From the NCBI GenBank assembly GCA_030704615.1, contig CM060732.1, positions 77,128,001-77,192,000 on the forward strand: a stretch of 64,000 nt of DNA, read 5' to 3'. A model generated the notes under the pieces. The model was not told the DNA's origin and did not search any database. It worked only from the letters and a program-made list of their open reading frames with translations. The DNA comes from Takakia lepidozioides (taxonomy: Eukaryota; Plantae; Bryophyta). Position 1 is the stretch's first letter; each line of letters begins with the position of its first letter. A program made the translations under genes and the position numbers. This document shows positions 12,180 through 24,510 of the stretch, piece by piece.

Positions 12180-15100
12180 ACCGAGCTCTGGGTGGAGGCA
12201 TTGCCGGAGCATGTGGCACATCTGTGCCGACAGTGAATGGGGCACCACCCGGACCGTGCAAGACAGAACCCTCCCTCCTCAAGCATGCTTATCAGGTTGA
12301 TGAACAGCGACGTCCCAAGTTTCACAAGCCAAATTGCGGGAGGAGGGGGGCTTCATTATCACCGAAGGACGAACTGTTCCTTGACGCATCGTGCCATATC
12401 GTCTGGGCAGAACCAGAACTGTGGTCCTTTGACTCCCACTATGATAAGGTCGGAAAAACCCTTGAATGTTGGAGCTGGAATCCCCTGAGCCTTTGCTATT
12501 TTTTATTTTCATTTCTTGAAAGGGGGTCCGAATTGCCATGCAAGCCACTCTAGATCCTGTTGGGTGCGTTCTATAGCCACTCACTATCAATGCAATAGTA
12601 TTCATGCACCATGCCACCACCTCCTCCAATGGGATTCCTACGGCTGTGTTTGCATGATCTACACCTGCTCCACGGAGGAGACCCACCTGGGAAGGGGCGG
12701 GCACACGGACTTAGTCTGCACTGGAGACACCTTGGTACAGAAAATTGATCCTGTCCGGCCGATGGGAATCTCCATCCGACCCTGGGGGTGTTCAATTTCC
12801 TTTTGCATAATCCAAATCCTTCTCGCCTTCCAAATGGGGGACCTGGATTGCAAGGGGAGCCTTCAGTGCACCGTTCAGAGCTCTGGCCATCTTTGATGGG
12901 TCTCCAGACCTACTCGCAGCCCTTAGCCATCAACAAAGTCGTATCCGGGCCCTTGCCTCCGCCCGTCCCATCAGAAAATTGCGGTACCTGGTTTGTTGTG
13001 TAAGTGCCCGCTACCATGTCATCAGCAGTGGCCACATACAAGTCACGTCCTGCTTGGTAGACTGCTGAAATCCAGGCGTTATGAACAGTCTCCCGCCAAA
13101 TTACAGGATGGCATGTCGGCCAAGTCCTCCAAGGACATGTCCTGCAGGAGGCATTGCATGGAAATGTGTGGAACGAAAGGAAATGGAAGAGGTTCTGCAA
13201 GTGACAATCCAACAACCCAAACGAACAGGCACGATGCAAAGTTTAATTTGTGTTCGGAATTGAAGAGGGCTTACCGTCGTCATGAAAGCTCCCCACTGTC
13301 TGTACCTGAAGAAATGCTAGAAAACCAACCAGTCCTCCCAACTCCTTCAAGTGGATACCAGTAGCGCACCAGAAGAGAACCACCAAGCCGGATTGTTTGG
13401 TAAGTGCTCTCAGCTTCTCCCATTTGAGGTGGCATTTTTGTAATTGAGGGAGAGTCTTCTGTGCTCCAACTGAAGGTCAGGGCGAATGCAGCGCTTTGTA
13501 TGACGTGCCAGAGATTGACTCCAATGGAAGAGGCATATGCTTCCCTATTTTCCATTGGGACCTTAGGATCCCCCGAACCAAACACGCGCCACAGCATTGA
13601 AATTTGCCTGTGCACTATCAGCCATGAAGCCCGCAAATTTGTGTTTTGTATTCCATTGCGCTGCATGACGGCCAGGAGCGAATTCCACATGAGCATCTGG
13701 ATTCAGTGTCCTCCGACTGCATATCACAAATTGTTATGGAGAGCACACGCTGGTACGCTGGATCGTACACATGGCACGCCATGGTTGTCCAACCCTTCAC
13801 CCATTTGCAGTGATCAAACATTAACCAACATTTAGCCAAATCTCCTCCAGGTTGCATTCGGCGGACTATGCTCACACCACTGCCTTCGCCCACTGTGGAC
13901 ATCTTGAACAATACACTTGGACGAGCCCTGGCCAGGGAAGATACTGTTTTGAATGAATTCATAGCGACTCCCTCCGTTTGAGGTCCATAATGTTGTCCAT
14001 GAATCCAGCAGTGTATATGCCCATTCTGAGTGCATTCACCTGGTTTCGAATATTGGGAGAGCTCAACACGGAGAAATGGTCCATCATTGCATCAAGCGAA
14101 TCTGCATCCAACATTGGTTGTGTCGCATCCCCTTAACCCAGTATGTGTTATTCCAGGAATGCCTTGCTAGCTGCAAGCACTATAGCAGAAGGTGTTGCAC
14201 AAGGGGTTTTGTGGAACTTCTGCTTCAGCAGATTTCTAGCGATGTCTACGCTATCCCTGCAACTTCCTTTGGACATAGGATGCTCGTGTGTACCCATATG
14301 AATGCAGGCATGAGTCATTGTCTTGCATCGGTGTTGCCACCTGATACATACAAGCGTGGCACACAGAAACACAAGACGGGGAAAGTTTGCAGAACCTGCA
14401 CACAAAAGTATTGGTCTTGGGAGGGGCAAGCCCTGGGATGAAATGATTCAGGGGAACACCTTCCCACTCACTTTCGTTTGGTTTAGCGCTATTTCTCAGC
14501 CGAGGGCAAGAAATATTCACGCACTAGCAATGCCCAACGCAAACCGACCTTCGAAATTTCAATCCAATGTCGTTGTGGATGTTCGACGTTTTTGTCCTGC
14601 ACCAAGGGTGTCCGTCATATTTCTTGTCCATGCCCTGCAGAAGCCCAGCTAGTCCACTGGAAGACGTGGGAGGGTTGAGCTCAAACAAGATGTCCCCATC
14701 AAACTCTGCTGGCACGTATTGAACCCGCTGCACACGAAGGGACTCCCAATCAACAAAACGCAGCTCGCTCTTGCACCCAGGCACCCCTGCGAGGGCTTTC
14801 AATTTCGGAATGACACTCGTTATCTCCTGCAATTCGTCATCATCCAAGAATGGAGTCTGCACTGGCGGAGGAATCGCAGAAACATCCTCCGAGGACGAGT
14901 CTGAAAGAGTCACGAATGTAGTGGAGGTGCTCACCTCTTTGTTTCACATGAACTGTGCCCTTCTGCTGCACGACCGATGCTGCAGTGCCAGTGGGTAACT
15001 ACTGATCCTGCTGATGTCTTCTCTCTTTTCCAAGGGACCCGGTATGTGCCTGGAAGGACTCTCCACTTCCTTCTACACTCGCCAACCAATGGCTTCTCCA

Positions 15101-15298
15101 AGTGCCCAGAATCCAAATTCCCATCCTCGTTATACACCTCTTTTTGAACAAGCAAGAAGAACCCAATTCCAGCGGGAACACTGTAACCAGCTCATCCTCA
15201 TGAACAATTGCAAACCCATCGTCGTCTGCAGTGGCAGTCAATGGAAGACTACCTGCATTGGAATGAAATCGAGCGAGTCTATCTCGCTCCCTGGACAT
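12180..15298 (-). pseudogene. Second, distinct MULE-superfamily DDE transposase with Cys/His-rich (GCM/WRKY-like) N-terminal domain; degenerate
   Basis: GMDKKYDGHPWCRT...FRRSVCVGH...CRFC...CIHMGTHEHP; WLMFDH (D); GFMADSAQANFNAV (D); CLFHWSQSL (CxxH); NLAETVHNAW (E, across a frameshift); Cys-rich C-terminus. Confidence 0.7.
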
Positions 15299-16057
15299 GT
15301 TTTCCTACACTGACCGAAAGTTGCGATTCACAATGGAATCCCCGAACTGATAGCCCGTAATTCTCGAAAGGGGATCACAACAAACAAACTGAGGTCAATA
15401 AGGGTAGCACTGACCCAAAAACTGCGGGCGATGCATACAAAAGATGTAGGAATGACATGCACCGAACTTCGCAGACAGCCATACTGAGTGACACCAACCA
15501 GAAAAATTGTTTTCAAAGACAAGAAGCCACAAGAAGTCGTGCTGTATTTGGATGAAAAACAAACCCTGAACATGACATGAAACCATCCATTATGGAAAGA
15601 CGGCAACAACCCTGGAGAGCAGTAACAGGAAGACCTCGAATGTAATGAGGTTGTGTTGTGCCAGAAGAGCACAGCACAAACATTGACACTCCGGGAGACA
15701 CCTCGCACGAATGTGTGCAACACCACAACCCTTTATACCGAATGACCCCATTCCGACGGTGACGGCGAAATGCAAACCGCAGGGTAGGTAGTACAACACA
15801 CGTGGATGCATATGTGAAGCATAACAATTATTGCGAATCTGCAAGTACTGCTCGAAATTGAACTAGCACTAGATTTCTACGGCACTTCCGAATTTGAAAG
15901 AATGCAAGAAGGCTGTCATGTATTGGCAAGCGGCGAAGTACATCTTTGGATGAATTCCGTTCGCACACAATGATAACACCCGCATACCAATACGGTTAAC
16001 AATGTCCAATTTTTATTTTGGTTACATGCCATAGCAACCCTTGTTGCAAACGTCAAA

Positions 16058-16475
16058 TTGGAGAGCTCTAGAGGCAGCGTGGGGAGCCCTCCTCTTCCAG
16101 CGGAGGAGGAAGAGAAGTCGTTATACTTCACGAGCACTATGGACAGGAATAGAACCAGATATAGAATGAGGATGGAAAGAGTAGACGAAGAGGAAAAGGA
16201 GGAAGAAGAGGGCAAAGACGAAAGTCTGGCGATGGAAGAGCAGGATTCATGAGAAGAACAGCAGCCCGCCATACTTCCAAGAACTGGTGAGGAGGAGACT
16301 GCATCCGAGGGATAGACGGACGCCAAAGATGATGTTGATGCTGGCAACACGCAGAACCGATAGAGGGAAAAAGAGGATGGGGGAGATGCTCCAGAACATG
16401 CTTGGCGTAGAGAGCAGTTCAAAGCGCAAAGGGCCTCCGGCGATTGGGGAGTATTCTGGAGCACCCAAGAAAAAG
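16058..16475 (+). pseudogene. Acidic low-complexity exon ending at a splice donor just before the palindrome array
   Basis: E/D-rich frame with internal stops; ends GAPKKK then AAG|GTAC at 16475/16476. Confidence 0.35.
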
Positions 16476-16489
16476 GTACAAATGATGTC

Positions 16490-18575
16490 CAAACCTACTT
16501 GGAAGCTCAAACAGAGTGCGACAACGCACACTGTTTGAGACCCACATTTGTGCTTCATTTTTGATGTGAAAATCGGCCACTTTGGGCCTTTCTGTCTGGT
16601 TCAATTCAACACTAACTGGAATGTCAATCAGTGTGCGGCAACGCACACAGTTTCAGACCCCACTTGTGCTTGTCTTTTCGATATGAAAATCGCCTACATA
16701 CGACAACTCTCTCTTTCTTCTCTGTCATCCACCCCGATTAAGAAGCACAAACAGTGTGCGGCAACGCCGGCCGCTTGAGCCCCAACTTTGTGCTGGCAAA
16801 ACGAGCATGTATATCTGGTTCAATCCTTCACTATTTGGAAGCTTAAACAGTGTGCGGCAACGCACACTGTTTGAGCCCCCCATCTCATTTTTTTTTTCAT
16901 ATGAAAACCATGCACACAAGGGCCTCTCTGTAAGATTCCTTCCACCCCCACTTGGAAGCTCAAACAGTGTGCGACAACGCACACTGTTTGAGCCCCCACT
17001 TGACATTATGTTTTCATGTTAAAATCAGCCACAAAGGGCATCTCTGTCAGGTTCAATCCAAACTTACTTGGCAGCTCAAATAGTGTGCGTCAACGCACAC
17101 TGTTTTAGCCCCCCTTTTGCCTTGGTTTTTGGTGTGGAAATCGTGCACACAGGGCCACTCAGGGTTGAATCCACACTTACCTGGAAGCTCAAACAGTGTG
17201 CGTCAACGCACACTGTTTGAGCCCCCCCTTCTCATTGTTTGTTTCATGTCCAAATCTGCAATGTTAGGGCATTTGTTTTGAGGTTCAACCACAATTACCT
17301 GGCAGCTCACTGTTTGAGCCCCCCATCTCGTTGTTTAATGCATGTAAAGATCCACCACAAATGGCATCTTGGACAGGCTGAATCCACACTTAAGTGGCAG
17401 CTCAAACAGTGTGCGTCAACGCACACTGTTTGAGCCCCCCTTCTTTTTGTTGTTTCATGTTAAAATAAACCACATAGGGCATGTCTTTTGAGGTACAACC
17501 ACAATTAGCTGGCAGCTCAAACAATGTGCGTCAACGCACACTGTTTGAGCCCCCCTTCTCATTGTGTGTTTCAAGTTAAATTCGGCCACATAGGGCATCT
17601 CTTTTGAGGTTCAACCACAATATCCTGGCAGCTAAAACAGTGTGCGTCAATGCACACTGTTTGAGCCCCCCTTCTGGTTGTTTAATTCATTAAAAAATCG
17701 ACCTGAAATGGCATCTTGGACAGGCTGAATCCACACTTAAGTGGCAGCTCAAACAGTGTGCGTCAACGCACAGTTTGAGCCCCCTTCTCATTGTTGTTTC
17801 ATGTTAAAATCGGCCACATAGGGCATGTCTTTTGAGGTACAACCACAATTAGCTGGCAGCTTAAACAGTGTGCCCCCCTTCTCATTGTATAATTCATGTA
17901 AAAGTCGGCCACATATGGCATCTCTGACAGGCTGAATCCACACTTAAGTTTGAGCCCAAACAGTGTACGTCAACGCACACTGTTTGAGCCCCCATTTGCC
18001 TTGTTTTTTGGTGTGGAAATCTTGCACAAAGGGCCACTCTGGCATGTTCAATCCACCCTTTTATTGGAAGCTGAAAACATTGTGCGGGAACGCACACTAT
18101 TCAGCCCCCCTTTCTCATTGTTTGTTTCATTTGAAAAATCGTGCACACAAGGGCCTCTCTGTAAGGGTTCATTCCACCCCATTGGGAGCTCAAAGTGTGC
18201 CCCTTCGTGCCCTGTTTTTTTGATTTGAAAATCGGCCAGTCATAGCCACTATGCTAAGTTCAAATCACCCCTTATGGAAGCTCAGACAGTGTGCGTTGAC
18301 GCACACTGTTGGAGCCCCCTTTCTCATTGTTTTTTCATGTGAAAATCGTGCATACAGGGGCCTCTCTATAAGGTTCATTCCACCCCTCTTTGGAAGCTCA
18401 AACAGTGTGCGGCAACGCACACTGTTTGAACCCCATTGCCTTGCTTTTTGCCTTGTTTTTCTTGTTCAAAACGGCCACAAATGGCATCTCTGCCAGGCTC
18501 AATCCACACTTACGTGACAACTCAAACAGTGTGCGTTGACGCACAGTGTTTGAGCCCCCCTTGTCATTGTTTTTT
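16490..18575 (+). repeat. Tandem array of ~19 units (~115-bp period), each with a 36-bp palindrome (16-bp arms, 4-nt loop)
   Basis: Cores at ~16505, 16623, 16745, 16841, 16958, 17074, 17187, 17400, 17515, 17631, 17747, 17954, 18070, 18280, 18396 and 18520; collapsed units at ~17305, 17859 and 18188. Confidence 0.95.
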
Positions 18576-18644
18576 TTACAGATGGATTATGGGCAGAGGA
18601 GGTGATGGAATTTCATGGTGACAACTGCCAGGATTTGCTGCAAA

Positions 18645-19290
18645 TATGAGGTGTGCTGGCCGCTGCACCCCAGCAAATGCACGCTTGAGTAGTGCAAGTG
18701 GCATCAAGTTAGTCCACCATAGCCGTGGACGATGAGCCCGTGACCCCACTGTAGCTACATCTAGCAAAACTGCTGACCCAAGCCACGACCGGACTGATGT
18801 ACACTGACCATCACCCTGGCCCAAGAATCGCCCATCAGTGACACATTTTCCAAGATGTATGCTCGAGATACAGCTTGATGAAGTTGCAAGTGGCGCAAAA
18901 CCCGCACCATCTCCCAAAACATACCCAACCTCGGTCTCGCAATCCATTGCACATGCCCGGCTGATGAATGCCCTTGGCAGGGCCAACCTGCCACTACTAG
19001 ATCAATGGAGCCAACCCGCTCCAAATCCTGCACCCCCAGCAACGAAATGTCTGCTGGCAAGGCCTGCTGATATTCACGAACTGCAAACACTAGCAACAAC
19101 TCAGGGTACTGCTGCACCAACTGAGCAACATGGCGAAGTGAAACGTGTCGTGCAGTCTCATCCCTCTCCACATACAGGTAACGCCGAACTCGTACACCTG
19201 CCTGTAACACAGCAGTCAATCCGGTGCTGATCCCGCCAAACAAGTCCAGAAGACAAATGCCTTCATCCGGATACTGCCATACAATAGGTG
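18645..19290 (-). mobile_element. C5-cytosine DNA methyltransferase domain (DNMT3/DRM-like) inside the retrotransposon polyprotein; frameshifted and 3'-truncated
   Basis: Motif I LLDLFGGISTG, motif IV DLVVAGWPCQG, motif VI YILENV, motif VIII AHRPRLWWTN. Confidence 0.9.
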
Positions 19291-19689
19291 TGGTGTCCAA
19301 TGGAGACAACTGAGGTGGTCCTGGTGCAATCCCCGCACTCTCCTCCTCTCCCTGATACAAAAGCCTCTACCCCGGTTTGTTGCACACCCAGATAAACAAA
19401 CCTTGTTGCCCCGAACCATCAGCAATCTGTGCACAAATCCTTGCTCGTGCCCCACAATGGAGTCTGAGCAATCATGGCAGGCAACTCCGCCATACCATGC
19501 ATGTCATCCTGCTTTCCCGGAGGTGACACATCCTCTAAATGAGCGTTGCCCTCAACCAACTCTCTAGGCCAACTCACTGCAGCTATGGATGCTGCTAGTG
19601 TCGGCATCTTGCCTTGCTGGGCAACCGCAACTCCTCCTATGAAGTCACAGGGAGTGCACACACCGGCCCTCCCCTGACTGCCATCCAAG

Positions 19690-20060
19690 CCTATAGGAAG
19701 CTGACTCCTCCCAAAAATCCAGGGTGAAGCCCATGGGGTACAACACTGCTCCACCAACCAGGATATCGTACGAGACCGCGACTGTCACAATGGCCTTGGC
19801 TCGCATCACTGAGCCATCTGTAGGGTGATCCGGTCGTAGTCTGATAGCCAACTCACGCCGTGTCATGCCCCGAGCCTGCTCCGATCCTCCCAGAGACGTC
19901 TGTATCTGGAAATTACAAGGCTGCATATTCGCCTCCGTGAGGCCCAAGCCTGCAATAGTAGCTCTGCCCAGCATCAATGGCTGAGCTCCCGAGTCCACAA
20001 GAACCCGCAGTGGCCGGTACTTCTTGCCTGCCGGTCCACTCAAACAGAAAATGTCATCCT
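19690..20060 (-). mobile_element. Retropepsin-like aspartic protease
   Basis: RVLVDSGAQPLMLG ... YDILVG in ORF 19645..20505. Confidence 0.8.
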
Positions 20061-20499
20061 GGTTGTCTAACATGACAACTCCAGGTGTCACCATGGCGCG
20101 CTCAATGGCTGGCCTAGTTGGCAGCTCCATCAATCTGACAGCTGCAGCTTGCCATGGCGCCGCCGTGGCAGTTTTGACCCTCAAATCCGAGGATCCCTCA
20201 GGCACTACACCTCCCACTATCTCCGCAGAGGATGAAGTCACCTCCCCACTCTCACAGAGTGTAGCTGCTAGCCTGAATACCTCAGCTGGTCTTACCCCCG
20301 GCGTCGCAATCATGGTAGCCGAGAACAATGGAGTCTGACACACAAATGTGGCCGCTCCCAGCAGCACACTAGCTGCCGTAGCCTTGGCAACACTAGGTAG
20401 TGGTGCTACCCGTGTAGCTCTCCCCAATGACAGAGTAACCTCCGCCTTGGTAACAGTCGGGCAAGAACTAGGTGCCATGGATGGCGTTGACACTATCTC

Positions 20500-22181
20500 C
20501 GCCAATGTGAATGACTAGGGAGCCTAGCCTGACGGCTTGCCTCCCCACGCTGTGGATCCAACTCCACCTCTGCACCAGCACTACCACTAGTGCAGGTGGA
20601 GTCTGCTGCAGCCGTGACTCGAGGAGCAGCACGAGTTCCTGAGCCACGCATGAATCCCATGCCTCCCATATCTCCTCCCTCATGAGCAGGAGGTGGACCA
20701 TCCGGCCTTGGAGCCGGTACCACCTGAGCTGTAGCCATGGCAGCGAGCCTATGCTCTAGCTGCTGAAGCCGGTTGGCCATGCCTTGGTCAACACCCTGAC
20801 CTCCGCGTCCTTGGCCATGTTGACCTTGCCCTTGGCCTGCACCTCGTGCCTGGCCACCTCGTCCTCTCCGGGCTGCTCCACCTCACCCCCGGCCACCATT
20901 GTTCCCTTGGAACTGGCCTAGGCGCAAGTCAGGATGAAACCATAACACTGGGCCTTCCATGTCCGTGCTTGCCACAATGCCCACACTGCAAACTGTGCAG
21001 GCTGTGCATGTGCCGGCCCTTTGCCTCCCTTTGGGCAATCCTTCTTGACATGGGGTCCTCCACATGTCCAGCACACCACATCCGCCCGTTGTTGGCCAGC
21101 AATGAAGGGAGAGACCCCTGTATCTGAGGTCCTCTCTGCCCTTCCCTGAGCTTCACCTGAGCCCCCTTGTTGCCTTGAGCATGTTGAGGTAGTAGTTGGC
21201 TAGAAGCACCACTACCCCGTGGTGTCTCCTTAGCAAATCCCACCATGACCACTCGATCCTCCACCATGTTGAGCTCTATCCGCTCTGCCAGCAAAAACAC
21301 ATTTGCTAAGGTGGGTTGGGCCGCTTGTAGGAGAGTTCATCCCGCACCCTTCTCCTCAGCTCCTTGTCCAATATCCCATACCAAATTGGACTGCCTGAGC
21401 TTCCGTAACCCCTTGGGTTACATTTATCAAGCACCTCATGCGAGTGAAAGCCTCCCTCAAGCTCTCGGTCGGCTTCCGTTGGAACTCTTGCAAGCTCCGC
21501 AACTTCTCTGTTCTCACCCCTTGGTAGTTCCCTCTCAACTCTTCGAAGAACTCCACAACAGGGTTGAAGGCAGGCACGGGTACTAGTGCTGGTGCGGTAG
21601 TGGCTTAGGTGGACGTCGTAGCTACTGTACCACTAGTCCCACTAGTCCCATTGCTGCTTGCTGAAGCTGCCGGTGCAGCGGCAGGTGTAGCCACTGCCCT
21701 CGTGGCTCTAGTGCCCCTAGTGATGGAGACATAGTCGGGTGACCAGTACATCCTCCACTCCTTGATCTCAACCTCATGCCCCCGCCTGAACTCATGGTAA
21801 TCATCCATAGGCGGGCCCCTCAAGGTGCTGAAACAGCCCTTCCATGCCATGAAAGGCGTAAATAGTTGTGGGATTGCACATTTGCTGCAAATCACACCAA
21901 CTATCAAACTCTTGGATAAAATCATCCAACTCGATGGTGCCCACTGCCCCAGAGTACCTTCGTGGCCCCTTGGTAGCTCCATAGATCTCCTCCATTGTGT
22001 CCCACAACAATGGCAAGGAAACAACTTGCACCGCCGGTGTGAGTCCTCCTGATTCACAATCCGAATCAGAACCTTCCGTAGAAGACACGGGAGGTGAAGG
22101 TGGCCTAAACCGCACACCTCGTCTCGTGTACCCACTAGTATCGCTAGTGCTCAAACCGGCACTGTCCCCAGCAAGTGGCAT
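20500..22181 (-). mobile_element. Retrotransposon Gag with zinc knuckles (fragmented)
   Basis: PRRYSG...ELDDFIQEFDSWC; LRSLQEFQRKPTESLREAFTRMR; CCHC-like ...CGKHGH. Lies upstream of the protease. Confidence 0.75.
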
Positions 22182-22769
22182 CTCCGTGTTGACAAACTGT
22201 CACTCAACCGGTCATGAACATGTCCCTAACCCCCTCTCCACAAGGTAACTGGGTAGAGAACCTGTTGCGGCTTATGGTTTGGAATACTAGGTTCCTAACA
22301 TAGCCTACACCTGCACCTGCATCCACCGCAAACACTCATATGGTTGGCTGGTCATCACCTCCAACCTCACCACAAGAGAAATAATGATGGTCTGACTGGT
22401 CATCACCCCAGCCTCACCATCGACAGCATGCTCTAGGACTGACCGGTGATCAAATCCGGACCAATCACCTATAAAAACAAGCGCCCACACAAAACCAACA
22501 TGGCGCACAGTCAAGCATGCAGGTATGGAGGGGATCCAAACACAAGAAATCAGAACGACAACTCCCCCATACCAAAAACAACTCCACAGTGGTGCTCCTG
22601 CAAGGATACCCCAGCCCAAACCCGGACTGACTCTTGCCTCCACCTACGGAAAGGTCTTGGCCCCATATCATGAAGATACTCCTCAAACCGCCCTCCACGA
22701 GCTTCAAAATTCGGCCTTCAAGACATGCCAGTCCTTAGGCAGTCCACCAGTGCCTCCATGAGTCAGCAC

Positions 22770-23520
22770 AGGCCGTCCACAGATCAACACGGGCCACCAC
22801 AGACCAACACAGGCCCACACAGATCACTGGTCACAGCCGTCATAGCCCCACACAGGCCACAGCCTGTCACAACCCGTCACAGCCCCAAAGACCACAAGTC
22901 ATAGCCCCAAAGGCCACAGCTTGTCACAACCCCTCATAGCCTATCACAGCCCTACACAGGTCACAAGGGTCACAGCCCCAAAGGCCATAGCATCTGTTTT
23001 AGAGCCTATTCCAGCCCCCTACATCTGCCACTTCAAGAGCCATGCTCTATCTAGGCTTGAGGTTGAAACCCCAAGTAAGAACACGCTCTACAAGTGTCGG
23101 ACTGTCACATAAGAGCAGATCAGCCCCTTACCTTCTCTTCTAGTTCTCTAAAGCTTGAAAACAAAAGCCCAATGGACTGAAGGCATGCTCCACACATGCC
23201 CCACTCTCACCACAAGAGAATCAGCCCCTTTGCTTCCTTTCTTGCAACCTCCAACCTGAAAATACAAGCTTCAGCGGGCTGGAAGCATGCTCCACACATG
23301 CCCTACAGGGAAACCAGCCCCTTCCTTCCTTTCTTGCACTCCCAAACTTGAAAGTACAAGCCTTCAACAGGCCGAAAGCATGCTCCACACATGCATTGCC
23401 CTCACATAAGGGAAGTCAGCCTCTTTGTTTGCCCTCCAAGCTTGAAGATGGAAGCTTCAATGAGCTGAATACATGCTCCACACATGCAACCTCTTCACAC
23501 AAGAGGTATCAGCCCCCTAT
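22770..23520. repeat. Short tandem repeats in the long retroelement leader
   Basis: CACAG(G)CC-type micro-repeats at 22770-22990; four ~95-bp units with CATGCTCCACACATGC at ~23184, 23286, 23380 and 23473. Confidence 0.6.
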
Positions 23521-24176
23521 CTTGGCTCCTTGGCTCTCTAAGACAAGACTAAGCACTCCACAGCCTTTGCCAAGCTCCTGAAACCCTAAGGCTTACATTT
23601 CCAGCCACAAGACACTCCTCTTGTGGTGCAAAAGCTCTTCTTCCAAGCTTTGAAACCCTAGGTGCACATTCCATGGCCTTGCCGCACCTCTTAGCTCCTG
23701 TTCCAGCCCTGCTCTTGCCATGACAAGAGCCCTCTCAATGCTGAAGCTCGAGATTAAAACCCAATCTCAACATACTCCACAAAGTGCACTGATTTGCCCC
23801 AAGCCAAATCAGCCCTTTCGCTTGGTCTTGCAATCCTTCACACAATGAAAGCTCGCATTCCCAAGGCTAGTCCTCAGCTTTGCCACCAAAGCCACTCTAA
23901 CCTGCTCTTGACTGGTCCTCTTCCCAATCGTGCTTGTTCATGCATGTACACAATCTGAAACCATCAAGGTGCTCTGGAATTACCTGCAGCATGGTGCTTT
24001 CATCTCTGAAGTTGAAGATCGAATGCCAAGGTCTACTACCTCGTAACCCACATCGCCTCCGCTTCTAACAACCAAGAGCTCCATGGTGCTCCTTGCATAA
24101 CAACCTGGTTTCTCTCATTCTCAAGCAAAAACCACAAGTGCTACAACTAACTCGTATCTGGCACTTACAGATACGA

Positions 24177-24192
24177 GCTCATCTTTCTCGAG
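24177..24192 (-). promoter_or_regulatory. Self-priming primer-binding site (Tf1-like)
   Basis: CTCGAGAAAGATGAGC directly after repeat B is 15/16 complementary to GCTCATCTTTCTCAAG inside B. An adjacent hairpin CTCGTATCTG-7nt-CAGATACGAG lies at 24151-24177. Confidence 0.75.
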
Positions 24193-24510
24193 TGATAAAG
24201 TAGAAGAATACAAGCACGAGCTCACAAATCTGAAGCATAAAGTCATGCATATATAATCTCATCACTCAATACAAGTCAAGCCAAGTGCACCCCACGCCAT
24301 GGGGAATCCACACTACGGCGCCATAGCTAGGCGCGGTGAGGCTCAACTTGAGAAAGATGAGCCTCCCGCGCTTGCCGTGAAGATAACCACTCCAGGGCCT
24401 AAATCTACCTTGACCCCTGGATTGACACTTGGGCCAATCCCAGATGTCAATATGTAAAAGCTAGCTATTTCCTAGCTAGTTTCACACTAGTGGTAAAATA
24501 TAACTTGACA
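24193..24510 (-). repeat. 5' terminal repeat of the retroelement (repeat B only)
   Basis: Near-identical reverse complement of 8147-8463. Begins TGTCAAG and is flanked by CCTA (24514-24511). Confidence 0.92.

Noticed and set aside
16490-18575. CRISPR array
   Set aside because: The ~80-bp linkers are homologous to each other rather than unique spacers, no cas genes are present, and the context is eukaryotic.
16419-18621. ORFs with repeated SSNSVRQRTLFEPP peptides
   Set aside because: These are translations of the palindromic repeat; unit lengths do not preserve frame.
7957-24510. DIRS/PAT-type tyrosine-recombinase retroelement
   Set aside because: Split repeats fit, but an aspartic protease, a PPT, a 4-bp TSD and a Gypsy-like pol C-terminus are present, and no recombinase motif was seen.
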